Assembly (NCBI RefSeq): GCF_006345805.1
Contig: NC_043015.1
Location: 53,444,001 to 53,508,000 of the forward strand
DNA: 64,000 bases
Direction of reading: 5' to 3'
DNA from: Octopus sinensis
Lineage: Eukaryota
Shown piece by piece: positions 38,723-52,974 of this stretch (the stretch's first letter is position 1; the number at the start of each line of letters is the position of its first letter). The notes under the pieces are model-generated. The model worked only from the letters and a program-made list of their open reading frames with translations. It did not search any database and was not told the DNA's origin. Made by a program: the position numbers and the translations under genes.

Positions 38723-40339
38723 ATATACATACATATACATATATATACATATGTGAGTGTATATATATACATATATATATATATAGAGAGAGAGGGGGGA
38801 AAGAGAGAGAACGACTACGTAGGGTAAATATCTAGATATATTCATACACTGATGTGTATGTGTATATGTATATATATGTACTAACGTAGTCATAGAAACA
38901 CGTATGTGTAGTTTTGTTTCTATGTGGTAGCGCTTATATGCTCATGTGTCTATGTGAGTGCGTATAAGAGCGAGATAGTATGAGAAAGATACAGAAGATG
39001 AGAGAGAGGGCGAGAGAGTGATGGAGAAAAGAAGTGTACATGTGTGTGTGTGGTGTGTGTGTGTGTTTGAATATTCTAAAATGTCGCATAGGATGTTACA
39101 TATAAAATTTATGAATATAGAAAAGCTGCTGAGACAATATCAGGGTTTATTAAAATACAAACAGAAAAAAAAACTGGACGACAAAATGCTTTTAGCATGA
39201 AATCACCTCATTAGACCATTAAGCGAATCTTCTCTTGTGTCAAGCATGGAGTATACACTGGAGAGCAATGTAAGCTAGTCAATATTACTGGCTGACACGT
39301 ATGATATAGAAAATTGCATGATAAACAAATAGAAGGGATATATAGGGAGGTACTGACAATATTAATACCCATGAGTAAATATAAATAAAGCAGCTAGTTA
39401 GAAAATAGGGATTGAGGTGTTGTTGAGTCGGTAGAAGGTCTATTATAATTGATTTGGAAATATGAAATATATAAAAGAGTCGGAAATGAAGTAAATGTGA
39501 CCATACATATATACTTACATATATACTTACACACACACATATATATATGTTTGTATATGTATATATATACTTATATATATATATATATAAATATATGTAT
39601 ATGTGTATATATATATATATATATACATATATATGTCTATATATATGTATGTGTATATATATAAATAATATATATATATATATACGTATGCATATATATA
39701 CATATATATTTCTATATATATACATGTATATATATATGAATATATGTATATATATATACATCTATCTTTCTATATCTATCTATCTATCTATATCTATATC
39801 TATATCTATATCTATATCTATATATATAATATATATATATATATATAAAATACATCAAGTACAGGACATGACTAACGAATGAAGAATAAGGAAGTACACA
39901 CGAGCGACAAGTAGAGGGCAAAATTCCAAAAAATATACAATAAGATAATACCAACAATGAGTAAAAAATACGTAAACACATAATGACTGACAAATATGGG
40001 ACAAAATATCAAAAGAAGTGTAACCCTTCCTCAGCTGTCGACTGTTAATTACTCCCTATTTCGATCTTCCAACGACAGTCTTTGTTTTCGTTCTCTGCGA
40101 TAGGAAAACTTCATAAAACATAAAATTTGTGTATATATATTTATATATATATAGCAAAGATTATTTGCTAATATTAAGTGGCCATCCTTGTTAGGACGAT
40201 TATTGCTGTTATTTAGTCCCAGGAAACCTATTCTAAATAACAGTAACATTGTACTAACCAGGATTGACACATTATATTGGTAAATAATCCCATGGTCAAT
40301 CATAACCAAAAGGGGTCACAACACAACAATATATATATA

Positions 40340-40394
<55 letters not shown>

Positions 40395-40527
40395 CATACA
40401 TATATGTCATATATATTTACATACATATATGTGCATGTGGATATACATATAATCATAAGGTATATGCACACTCATGCGCACTCTCATAAATACACACACA
40501 TATAAGTATATAAGTACATTTGTCTGG

Positions 40528-40572
<45 letters not shown>

Positions 40573-40575
<3 letters not shown>

Positions 40576-40765
40576 GGTCCCGGGTTGAGTCGGGGTTAAC
40601 CACAGTAAATAAGGTACTCAATACATAGCAGAGTAAATTAATTTATTTTATAGAAGGAGCTTCTACAGGACTAGAACTGTTTCATTCAAAAGAAATCATC
40701 AGGAGCTTCCTGATGATTTCTTTTGAATGAAACAGTTCTAGTCCTGTAGAAGCTCCTTCTATAAA

Positions 40766-40771
<6 letters not shown>
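40573..40771. mobile_element. Penelope-like end with a perfect 64-bp hairpin, inserted in (TA)n
   Basis: 40641-40704 and 40708-40771 are exact reverse complements with a 3-nt loop. The left side extends 68 bp further. (TA)n lies on both sides. Confidence 0.8.
40702..40756 (+). ncRNA. Type I hammerhead ribozyme
   Basis: Stem I GGAGCTTC/GAAGCTCC (8 bp); CTGATGA at 40710-40716; stem II T-TTC-tttt-GAA-T (U.U at its base); GAAA; stem III ACAG/CTGT with 8-nt loop; GUA triplet with predicted cleavage after 40748. Confidence 0.7.
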
Positions 40772-40848
<77 letters not shown>

Positions 40849-41021
40849 CAAGAGGTGCCACCATAATTAGCTGGAATACTTTTGAATATTTTGTGTGCTA
40901 TCAGGCCCACCTGGAGCAAAACAATATCAGCGTTCGAGAGAGCCTTAGTGTGGCTAATTTGTACTTTAGAAATAGCAGCCAAGGCTCTTACGAAGAAAGT
41001 CATTAAAAATAATTACAAAGA

Positions 41022-41240
41022 AATATTGTATTCTACTCTAGGCACAAGGCCCGAAATTTTGGTGGAGAGGACCAATCGATTAGATCGACTACAGTAAGCA
41101 ACTGGTACTTAATTTATCGACCCGAAAGGATAAAAGGTGAAGTCGACCTCGACGGAATTTGAACTCAAAACGTAATAACAGACGAAATAATGGTAAGCAT
41201 TTCGCCCGGCATGCTAACGTTTCTGCCAGCTCACCGCCTA
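41022..41240 (-). mobile_element. SINE family A copy
   Basis: Near full-length consensus match. Confidence 0.85.
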
Positions 41241-42102
41241 ACGGAATAATGTTGGAATATAGTTGAAGTAATATATGACTTTATAAGACGGTTATTGTTA
41301 AAACCTGTTTCCCAAACACATATTGGTTTGGAGGCTACCCCATCTTTAAGCCAAAACCACAACAAACGTACATAAAGAACTTGGGATTCCATCGGATTTG
41401 GACGGCTATGTTACGCACCGTACAATTGACCTCAACATGTTGGAATACGCCACACAGTCTGTTTGGTGAGACGAACTGTATTTTGTACAACAGTTCAAAT
41501 AAATTTATTTGTAGCTGTCAAGCTGCCTCCCTACGTGACGCCTGCATGTCCGCTCCTAAATGCAAATTCATACTACAACATCGGCAAGAAGAAGAAGAAC
41601 AAGAACAAGAACAAGAACAAGAACAAGAACAAGAACAAGAACAAGAACAACAACAACAACAAAAACAACAACAACAACAATAACGACAACAACAACAGCA
41701 GCAACAACGACCCAGCAAGTGAACCTCGATGCGCTTAATCCATCTGCTAGATATAGCTGTCAAATCCTGATATCATTTGCTACAATAGAGCCTTAAATGA
41801 TCCAAAAGAAATAGATGGCCTCTCTGATCAAGAGAAATTCTGGGAGACGTAATACCAAAAAATCATTTACTTGTACCATTAAGTTCCCACGACCACTTTC
41901 AAGCACCTGATTATTCTTAGTCTGTCGCGTTTGGAAAATGAAGCATAAACAGACGCGTCGATGTGGTTAAGAAACTTGCTTTGCAGCTACGTTGTTTGTG
42001 GTACAATTCTACCGTGCTGCAGCTTGGGCAAGTGTCACTCACTGTAGCCTCGCGTCGACCAATGGTTTCTAAAATTCATTTATGGAAACTATGTAACTCC
42101 CG

Positions 42103-42142
<40 letters not shown>

Positions 42143-42311
42143 GTTATCGCCATACTAATATGGCATTCTTATAAAAATAAAAATAAGAATAAAGCTGTCC
42201 GCTTATTAGCTCCATGAGGCCATCGCCTTAAGTTAGCTATTTGATACACAAACTGTATCCATATAACCTTCGAACAAGGGAGGTCAGTCGCTCCACACTA
42301 CTTGACCGGCA

Positions 42312-42358
42312 GCTACAGACGCGTTTCGGGGTATTGCCCCTTTTCAATGCAGCGTAGC
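42312..42358 (-). ncRNA. Hammerhead-like motif with atypical core (left arm)
   Basis: Mirror of 42412-42458. Confidence 0.5.
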
Positions 42359-42411
42359 CAGACCAGTAGGTGTCGCTTCTGACAATCTCTGTTCGAAGGT
42401 AAATAAAACCT

Positions 42412-42458
42412 GCTACGCTGCATTGAAAAGGGGCAATACCCCGAAACGCGTCTGTAGC
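42412..42458 (+). ncRNA. Hammerhead-like motif with atypical core CUGCAUUGAAAA
   Basis: Stem I GCTACG/TGTAGC; CTGCATTGAAAA; stem II GGGG-caata-CCCC; GAAA; palindromic ACGCGT; GUC triplet (C at 42452). Confidence 0.55.
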
Positions 42459-43350
42459 TGCCGGTCAAGTAGTGTGGAGCGACTGACCTCCCTTGTTCGA
42501 AGGTTATATGGATACAGTTTGTGTATCAAATAGCTAACTTAAGGCGATGGCCTCATGGAGCTAATACGCGGACAGCTTTATTCTTATTTTTATAAGAATG
42601 CCATATTAGTATGGCGATAACTATTATTTTCCGGGAACGCTGCCGTTGTTCTCTTTTAGAGAGACTTAGTAATTTTAATATTTCTATTATTGAAAACAAG
42701 TGGATGTATTCCACCGAAGCTAGGTAAATAAAACCTTCGAACAGAGATTGTCAGAAGCGACACCTACTGGCTGGCTACGCTGCATTGAAAAGGGGCAATA
42801 CTTCTGGAGAAGTTTGACACAATAAGTATAAAACTTTAAAAAGGAAGAAAAATATAAAGACTGGGGTCGATTTGCCCAACTCAAATCATTTCAAAGCAGT
42901 GCTCCAGCATGGCCTCAGTCCAATGACGGAAAAAAAGGAGAAAACGAATATAAAAAAAAAGAGGAAAAAACAATAACCGTTTCCTGCAATGCACGTAGAT
43001 ACACTCAAGTAGAGAGTCGTAGACTCGGAAGCGCAGAACTTGTTAAATGTCTATTTAGAAGTTAAGACATACGAGGCAAGTTCGATGTCGAACGCCACAA
43101 AAGCCGAAGAGAAACATAATTTTGATTCCTTCCCATCTCTTTCCTTTCTTGCATTTAATTTCTTGAACGTGATAGCTTTATTTTTTCACTTGGGAAAGGT
43201 GAGGGATGTTAGCACTAAACATTTTTACATTCGTCAACATGCCTGAATGGCATGCGAAACAAATATTTGTCAAAAACGCTGTATGTAAACGATCGGTAAT
43301 ATATGGAAACAATATAAACAAAAGAATGCTATTCTTTGCGCATGCATCCA

Positions 43351-43418
<68 letters not shown>

Positions 43419-43882
43419 ACACATATTTACACACTCATAAATATAACCAAACATAAATAATAACACGACACACACGGTTCACGAGGCCAAAATTCATACA
43501 CAATGGGTAAAATGGAAGCGCCATGTTTGAATCTCCCTCCTTCTAAATCCTCTCTTATTTTCTTTCTCGTCTTCTTTCGTGCTTTCTTCTCCTCTCTTCC
43601 CATCCTTGCTTTGTTTTCTTTCAATTTCCTCTGCCTTTCTCACATTCCTTCTTCCTTTCCTCATCTATTTCTTTTTCCTTTATTTCTACATTTATTTATT
43701 TATTCTCATCTCTTGATTTTCATGCCACTCTCGCTTCCCGCCTGTAATTCCTTTCTATATTTTGTTTGACGTATTTCTTTCTTTCAAATATCTTTGCTTT
43801 TCATTTCTTCTCTCTGCAGTTTCTCATCTCATTCCCCTTCTATTTCATTACATTTCTTTTTCTTTTCAATATATATTTCTTC

Positions 43883-44020
<138 letters not shown>

Positions 44021-44380
44021 TCTTCTTCTTCTTCTTCTGTATCTTTTCTTCTGTCTCTCCATCTGCCATTTTCTCTAACGTTATCCGTTGGTGTTTGTCA
44101 GTCTACCTACATCGCGTGGTTACGTTGAGACGTTCAAAGAAGTTGTTTATTTTGGACTCAGACCAAGTAATTTTCTTTCTAAACACTCACCTTCTTGGCT
44201 TTTTCTCTGAGAAACTATATATTTATTTATGTTATCGTTATAGAAGCTTATACATACGCAAACACACACATATATTATACATATATTATACATCCATATT
44301 ACATATATATAAAATTTTGTTGAAATATATATATATGCATGTGTGTGTATATGTTTATATATATATGCATGAGTGTACGC

Positions 44381-44469
<89 letters not shown>

Positions 44470-44609
44470 GTGTGTGTGTTATATATATATATATATATAT
44501 ATACATACATATATATATACGTATGTATATATACATATATATATGCATATATACATATATGTATATATGTATATATATACATATATATATATGTATATAT
44601 ATATATAGG

Positions 44610-44641
<32 letters not shown>

Positions 44642-45400
44642 GTACACACACATATCTATGAACATACGATATTCACACAGTACATATGTATTGCATAATA
44701 TATAGACACATGGAAATACACACACATACATACATCATTATTATAAATATATATATATTGGTTTACATATATACACACACATATTCAATTATGTAAACAT
44801 ACGCACGTTCATACACGCGATGAGGTACATAGACATACAGATAGAGAGATAGATATATAGATAGACAGATACATGCAAATGTTCTTACATACGTATACAT
44901 ACATATTGACACACACACGCACACACACACACATTCACAGAAAAACATTGACACACATACACCCACACACGCATACACACCCACATATTCGCAGACACAC
45001 ATTGACACTCTCAATTGACACATACACACAACAGACAAACACACACACATATTCACGCGCACACACACATGCACACATAGAGGCACACAAATACACACAC
45101 TATTTCTTTGCTGTTCTTTGGCTTTATTCGATTTTTTATTTGCAGAGTTTCTTACTTTTGACGATCGTGTAAAACTACCGAATTTCTTCCATGCTATGAC
45201 GTCATAATTCCACACCAATTTTTTTTAGATGCCCCAACAAATAAAAATGTATATAATACATGAAATAAAATAAATACAAATATAAGTTTTAAAAAAAATT
45301 CGTTGTCTTTGAATTCTTGTATACGGTTCCCGAAAATTATCTTTCTGTTTTATTTTCGAAAGAAAAAGAAAGTTTAAAGAGGAAAAGTGTGTGTAAGAGA

Positions 45401-45449
<49 letters not shown>

Positions 45450-45823
45450 CAAACAGAGAATTGATAGACTGAGACAGATAGAGAGGGAGCGATGATGAGG
45501 TTGGGGGCACAGAAAGAGAATGAAAGTGTAATAGAGAAAGAGAGCGAGAGAGAGAGAGAGAAAGATAAAAAAAGATACGGAGAAGAAGAAAGGAAGAAAG
45601 AGATTGATAGAGAGGGATAAAGGAACAGTGAAACTGAAAGGGAACGAGAACGAAAAGTGAGACAGAGAGATATAAAGAGAGAAGGAGAAAACAGTAGAAA
45701 GAGAGAGAGATATATAAAAAGAGACAGAAAGTAGAGAAGAGATAGAGGGAGAATTAGAGAGAGAGAGATAAAGGGAGAAGTTGATTAAGAGCGGAGAGGG
45801 AATTAAGGGAGAAGTGATAGGGT

Positions 45824-45869
<46 letters not shown>

Positions 45870-46627
45870 TTTAGAGAAGGAGATAAAAAAACATAGAAAG
45901 TCAAACAGAAAGCATACAATGAATAAGAATGAAGGACTTCAGTGAACGAGATTGAATGATAACGAAGAGAGGTTTGGAAAAATTTGAGAAGAGGAATGTG
46001 TTATACTAGAAAACAACTACTCAAGGTGCCGTAAAGTAATTGAACCCGACACCACACAGTTATAAAGCAAGCTACTTAAACACACAGCCAGGCCTAAGTC
46101 TTCCACTTGCAGACCTTGAAACAGACCGTCAGACATATTCATTAAAAGACTTATTGAGTAGTGACGTCTTCCATGAGACTATAGCACAAATTAGTATAAA
46201 ATCTGAAGGTTTGTCCATACTTTTAAATCTGGTTAAACCAGCATTATACACTGCATTGCAAATAAGTACGATAGTAACGCTTCTTGTAATTTTTAGCTGT
46301 TGAATTTGCACTAAAATTCTATAGAATATAGTGCCTTTCCCCAGAGGCTATGCAATATCGCACAAGAATTATTGTAACTTTGAAATATGAAGCCGAAATA
46401 TTAATTAAAACTTTGGTGCTGCTCTCATGGATTTATAAATGCGTAACCAATATTTAATGTTGCATATACTGTGGAATTCACATAGCACCAAATATAGACA
46501 TACGTTCTTGTAAACTTTGTGTAAGTTTTAACGTAGGTATACCATATATTCTATACGGGCTTTGATAACTGGCATAACATTGCTATGATGATTATTATTA
46601 ATATTATTGTTGTTGTTGTTGTTGTTG

Positions 46628-46686
<59 letters not shown>

Positions 46687-46751
46687 AATAATATCAACAA
46701 CAACAGCAGCAGCAGCAGCAACAACAACAACAACAACAACAAAACAACAAA

Positions 46752-46789
<38 letters not shown>

Positions 46790-46795
46790 TAATAA

Positions 46796-47760
46796 TAAAG
46801 GCGGAAAGCTGGTAGGATTGTTAATGCGTTGGATACAATGTTTAGCCGTGATTTTATCAGCTTTTTATGTTCTGAGTTCAAACTCCCGCCGAGGTCAACT
46901 TTGCCTACTACCCTTTCAGGGTGAATAAAATAAAGTACCAATCAAGTCCAGGGGGTAATGTAGTCGAATTACCCACACCCTTCATAATTACTGACCTTTT
47001 GTCAAATTAAAACGAATTATAATAATAATTATTATTATTAACCTTTTTTATTATTAAGGCATTAATATGGCGGGGGCCTGGCTGAAGCGTTAGCACTCCG
47101 ATTGAAACGCTTAGCGGCATTTCCCCACATAGGGAATTGGAGGGAGACAAAATCAGTTAACATTCAAGTACTTAACATGATGATATCGACTAAGTTTCCC
47201 CACCGGGCTAAAGATTGCTGGCATTGTGTCAAACTTTGAAGCAATTATCATTATATCAACTTTGATTAGGGAAACGTGATAGCAGACAAAATATGTTTAC
47301 GATAGTTCTTGGGAATCTACGTTCGAAATCCAAATTCTACTGAGGTCGTCTTTCAGCCCTTCAGGATCAAGAAATTAGGCACGAGTCAGGTACTGGCATT
47401 GATGTAATCGACTTTCCCCTCCCCTCGAAATTGCTGACCGTGTGCGAAAATTAGAAAGGGTTTTTAAGATGGCACGCTATCAACATCGTTACCAACTTGC
47501 ACACAATATTTCAGTGGTAATTTCCTCCGGTTTTAATAGTTCTACGTTCAAATTTCACCGAGTTCGATTTTCCTTTTCACCATTTCGGGGCCGATAGACT
47601 AAATACTGGGGTCGATGTAACTGACTCGCTCAAACCGCACAATTTTAGAAACAATCACCGTTATTATTAATACAGTGAGCTGGCACAATTGCTAGAGCGT
47701 CGGAAAAGGGCCTGGTGATATTTCTTCCCACTTTAATATTCTGACTCAAAATCCCGCTAG
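46796..47760 (+). mobile_element. Cluster of degenerate SINE family A copies
   Basis: At least four decayed units with gttc..agttcaaa...gaggtc...tttcatcc...gtcgatgtaa motifs. Confidence 0.65.
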
Positions 47761-49369
47761 GTTCTGTTTTCTGTTGTATCTTACTGAAATTCTGTGGTTG
47801 ATGTTACCAAAAGCAACGCCCTCAACCTCAAATTCCGAACATTGTGCTTAAATTAGAAATCAATGTAGGTACGTTACTAAGAATAAATATAGGAATCAGG
47901 ACTCAAGATATCGCTGTACACAGTACAAATAACGATTTTTTTATGGTCGGTAAATATTAGCATTGATCAGTAAACAGCTTGTTCGCTGAAATTATAAACA
48001 ACGCCAGTGGTTTGTTTATGTTCAAGATTCCGGACACAACTGACTGACGGGACATAACATGTCGAAACACAGGTTTCGCAGACCTCTTATGTTTATATGC
48101 TGAGCCTGTTACGAACATGATATGGTCGTAAAATGGAAAAGTTGTTCTCTTATGACGTGCACAGCAGCTATTAGCATATTTGCGTTCGAATCTGCCGGAA
48201 TGTATTAAGAATGCCGGTAAATTCTTAATACATTGCAAGTTGTGCTTTCGGATATGTCTATACACAGGGAAAAATAACGATTTTTTTTCATTAGGACTTA
48301 GATTTTAATTAAGCTCTGGTGCAGTTAGAATCATACTTGATCACATCTTAATGACATAAATATACTTAATATCTAGGTTGAGGATTCACATAATAACGAT
48401 GTTTATCTTTCTAAAGCAGCTCACTGTTGCAGGCACGAGGAACACCGAATATTTAAGATTCTGGTAAAATATGAGGCGTTGATTTAAAAGATTTTAAATT
48501 AATTTCTTTAGTTTTGACATGCTAGTTTTATAAATGTCTCCCTGCTGTGTTCAATAATATAATAATATTGGTTTTGACGAAAATCGTGTATTTTAGAAAC
48601 TAATTGATCTGTTAGCATATGAAGACATTCCAAATACATTAATATCTGTATGCCTGCATACAAATGTGTGCATATGTATATATAACTATGCAAGGAAAAT
48701 GCAACGGCAAAGCTATCCATCGATACATTCTAACACACGCGCGCACGAGCACAAACACACATACATACACATATACATAATACATATGCATATGCACGTT
48801 TATGAATATATGCAAAATTCATACATGCAACATACATACATACATTCTTACATACACACATATATACATATATATTTATACATACGTACAAACATATATA
48901 TATATACATACATGCATACATATATATATATATACATGCATACATATATATATATACATATACGTACGTAGATACATATATACATAAATACATACATGCA
49001 TACGTACATACACATACATACATACACATACATACATACATACATACCTACATACATACATACATACATACATAAATACATACATACATATACAAACATT
49101 TATATATACATATACATGGAATTTGGTCTAAGGAAGTGTTCGTATTTGGTTATTGAGCCTGGATACCAATCCCCTACGCATGCTCTTATCCATCAACAGT
49201 CGCTCTGTCACTCCAGTTCCCCACAAAGACTATTGGAAATAGATACGTAGTGACTAAAAAATCGTACGAAGGTTTGTTGAATAAAGATAGGGTTACCCGA
49301 GACTTCTAAGTCATACCAAACTCAGAAATGTATCGCAGTCGCTATTCTTCGTTTACGACAAGACAAGCC

Positions 49370-49655
49370 GATATCCCACAATGCTTTTGTAGTACCAGTG
49401 CTGAAACCAACAATTGGGATACTCGTCCGGTCTAGAGAGGAAATTCACTCCACATACATTAAAACCCGTAAATTTCTGATATCAACTGGTAACATCCATA
49501 GAAAAAGTGTTATTGACAGGTTCTATTTAAGAAGAGATGAAAACGGTAGGGGATTGTTATCAATGCAAGGAGTCTTCCAATGCCGTTTAGTCTCTCTCAG
49601 ACAACACTTGCTATACAACAGCATCAAAAATATATTTACAGAAACATTGTGACGA
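49370..49655 (+). mobile_element. R4/Dong-like RT thumb-region fragment
   Basis: ORF 49398-49652 VLKPTIGIL...KTRKFLISTGNIHRKSVIDRFYLRRDENGRGLLS matches the LYLPRxEGGRGL motif; overlaps in sequence type with the 58830-59280 fragment. Confidence 0.8.
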
Positions 49656-50671
49656 AAAGCGTAAAGAACATCCGAAACGTCAGCAGTGAACCTCCTCGGG
49701 AAATAATATTTTTATAATTTTTTTTACAACCCTAAACCTGTTTGAGTAATATATCTCACAAATGACCTGTATGTGAGACGCTCAGCATAGCAAATAACGA
49801 AGATACCGGGTTCTGTTTCCCGAAGAGTTGAAGATAACCATAAGATTGCCAAGACGGTCGCCACACATTTGAGGACGATTTGGTGGGGGGTTTTTTTATC
49901 GGAGAGATTAAGCGACTGTAGAAAGCATCCCTTGTCACAGAAGAGTTTTACGTTGCTTTGAGCGCCATCTAGTGGTATGCTTCCAGAAACATCAAATGTG
50001 AGGAGGATTTATATCTTGGGACAAGACCATTCTGTGCTGAAGGGAAAACCGTTGATACGATTTGGCTATTCATACCTGAGAGCGTTTAAATGTATCTCTA
50101 TTCAGACAACCACATTGTGCTTCACAGACGTTAGTGATATCCTTGATAAATGCTTCACTGTACAAAATCCTTTTCATGTTTTTTTTCTTTTAAATGAAAT
50201 CAATGCTGTTTCAATTTTCACTCGGTACAAATACTACATCGTTTAAAGAAAGATAATTAGAAAGCCGTAATATTATCATATTTCGTTTTTCAACTAAATT
50301 TTTGACAGTGCTGAACAAAATTCATATAAATCAACTAAATATATTGGTGGGGATACATTAAGTTGTATGAAGCGTGTTAAATAAATTATGCTAATGAGCC
50401 TTTACAATCACAATGGTTTTATAATTGCACGGATGTATTAGAAGCACCCCAATAAAAGCAGCGCATATTCAGACACACACAAAAAATTGTTTGCATTGCA
50501 TTTCAAAATGTAACACACACCCCACTTCGCAAATACAATCCATATTGATACTCTGAGACAATTTTGGAGGAGAAAGTGCCATTATATGCCATCAAATACG
50601 GCAAATGGATATCGTTACTTGGGTCGCTTTTTAGATATAGTATTAAGGGTCAGTTTGTTTATTTTAAAGCA

Positions 50672-50820
50672 GAGACCTGGCAGAGCCGTCAGCACGCTGG
50701 GCTAAATGCTAAACGGCATTTAGCCCGTCTATATGTTCTCAGTTCAAATTCCGCCAAGGTCAGCTTTGCCTCTCGTCCTTTTGGGGTCGATAAAATAAGT
50801 ACCAGTTGATCACTGGGGCC
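50672..50820 (+). mobile_element. SINE family A copy
   Basis: gacctggcagagccgtcagc...agttcaaattccgccaaggtc...ggggtcgataaaataagtaccag. Confidence 0.8.
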
Positions 50821-51342
50821 TTACACCCCACGTATTGCAAGCCAATTTTGTTTGATGCAGAGGGTGTACCTGGGTGTTTCCCATGCTGTAGAAATAGTTT
50901 TAACAGAGAATCGAAACCGAGGCACGTTATGCGTCGGTGCAAAGATATCTGTAGACGTACGAAATATGCAGTTCTAAGTAGGAGTGCACTGAATATTCTA
51001 TTGCCTTCGTCGACACGTAACGACTATCTTCGCTAAATATTTACGTACCACAATACATGACAGCTACGTTCACTATGTATATATACGCAGCAGAACACAT
51101 ATTTTCATATATCAAATATCTTCCTTATCTGTGTACACACATATCAAATATCAGTACTTTTTATATACATGCCAAAAGAACAGAACACAGCCACACGCAC
51201 ACGCACTCGCAGATACACATGCGTATAGACGATGCTAAACTCCTTCAGTTGTTGTTTCTTTTCATTAAGTCTCAAGACCGTATATTTCAAGAGATGCAGT
51301 AAGGATGTTGCTCACTTCATGCCTTTCCGAAGCCAGTTGGTC

Positions 51343-51381
<39 letters not shown>

Positions 51382-51382
51382 A

Positions 51383-51437
<55 letters not shown>

Positions 51438-52056
51438 ATCTGTCTAACTATCTATCTATCTATCTATCTATCCATCCATCCATCAATCCATCCATCTATC
51501 TATCTATCTGTCTACCTATCTATCTACCTATCTACCCATATATATATATATACATACCCACACACACACATATATTGGTGCAGGTATGAAGCTTGTTTAC
51601 CAATCACAAGGTTCCAGGTTCAGTTCCTTTCCGTCCCTTTCCCTGTCGATTAAATAAACTACCTCTGATACATTGCGCACGATGTAATCGCTTAGCTTCA
51701 TCATCGGAATATCGTATCTTGCGCCTATATTACGAACAATTCTTTCAGGAAGATAGTAAAAACAGAAGTAAAGAAGATCAGAGATGTGACGACAGTTCGG
51801 TCTCAGTTCTGCAGTAAAGTCAAAACACTTCTCTCTCATGCCCTCCCCTCTCTCTCTTTCTATTTCTCTCTCTCTCTCTCTCTCTCTATTTTCATTGAAT
51901 TTTAATACACTTACAGCAAGCGTTCAATCGAATGCCACCACTTCCCGTTTCATTCACGAAATTTTTGCTCTCAACCGGAAATACTAAAACCTTCTGTTAA
52001 CAGGCTGGTGGGGCGATGGAATTGTACCAACATGCAGATTCGGTTCGCCGACTCAC

Positions 52057-52074
52057 CTGCTGCTGCTGCTGCTG

Positions 52075-52172
<98 letters not shown>

Positions 52173-52242
52173 GGGAATTTGGCAAAATTTTCAGCTGCTA
52201 TTTCCGCTTCTTGTTGTGATTTCATTTGTTCGCAGTTGTAAT
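52057..52242 (-). other. Candidate 186-nt exon containing a trinucleotide repeat
   Basis: Acceptor ttttttcttctctcctcttt...atcttccaAG| and donor CAG|GTGAGT. One open frame (phase 1-1): (D)YNCEQMKSQQEAEIAAENFAKFP-V32-A6-(G). No homolog recognised. Confidence 0.3.
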
Positions 52243-52974
52243 CTTGGAAGATGTAGACAAATGAATATATAAAGAGGAGAGAAGAAAAAAAATATACATT
52301 AAAATCTAGACGTTAAAAAGAATGTGCTGATGCCTCAGACCCAATTGTTTTTCTCTTAAATGTCTATTCTTATATTTTCTATTTTGTTTCGGTTGGTAGA
52401 GAGATGGAGAAAAATAAAAAAAATATACACATATATATATAACGTAAAAAAAACAAGCAAACAATAAAACTTGCATTATCAATTAACATGCATAACTTTT
52501 AAAATGTTATATCCGGTCTATCTATTTTGCTATCTATTAATGTCAGCTTCTTTTTGCTTTCTGCCAGATGTTCACATTACGTAAGATGAAAGCTACAAAG
52601 CAGCGTTTTCTTTCCTTGTTTCATTGACATATTTCAAGAATGCTCTATTTTTTTGTCTTATCTCAACAACACTATATATATATACGCATATATAAATATA
52701 TATATGTGTTATATTTATTCATGAAGTTGCGCATGTGTATCCAGTTACGTAATATTTAAAAATAGAGCAAGGCATACCTATTTCAAGCTCGTTATGATAT
52801 ATATTCGTTCAGCATGGTCAGAATCCTTGTAATTTTTGCGTATATTCTCGCGTAACATTTTCGCGTGTATTTCTGTCACATTGTGTATACATCGATAGGG
52901 CATATACATATAAGCAGTAACACACACATGTACACACATACACACATTTACATATACATATATATATATATTAT

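Larger units (their letters stand above)
42138..42801. mobile_element. Penelope-like element with inverted plus direct pLTR-like copies
   Basis: 42138-42358 is inverted relative to 42412-42626. A third, direct partial copy at about 42723-42801 repeats ggtaaataaaacct and ends within the hammerhead-like stem II. Confidence 0.8.
41955..42940 (+). mobile_element. Degenerate SINE family B interrupted by a fold-back insertion
   Basis: Head at 41955-42105 (gtggttaagaaacttgc...cttgggcaagtgtc) then (TA)n; tail at about 42860-42940 (ctggggtcgattt...gtgctccagcatggcc.cagtc.aatgac). Confidence 0.7.
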
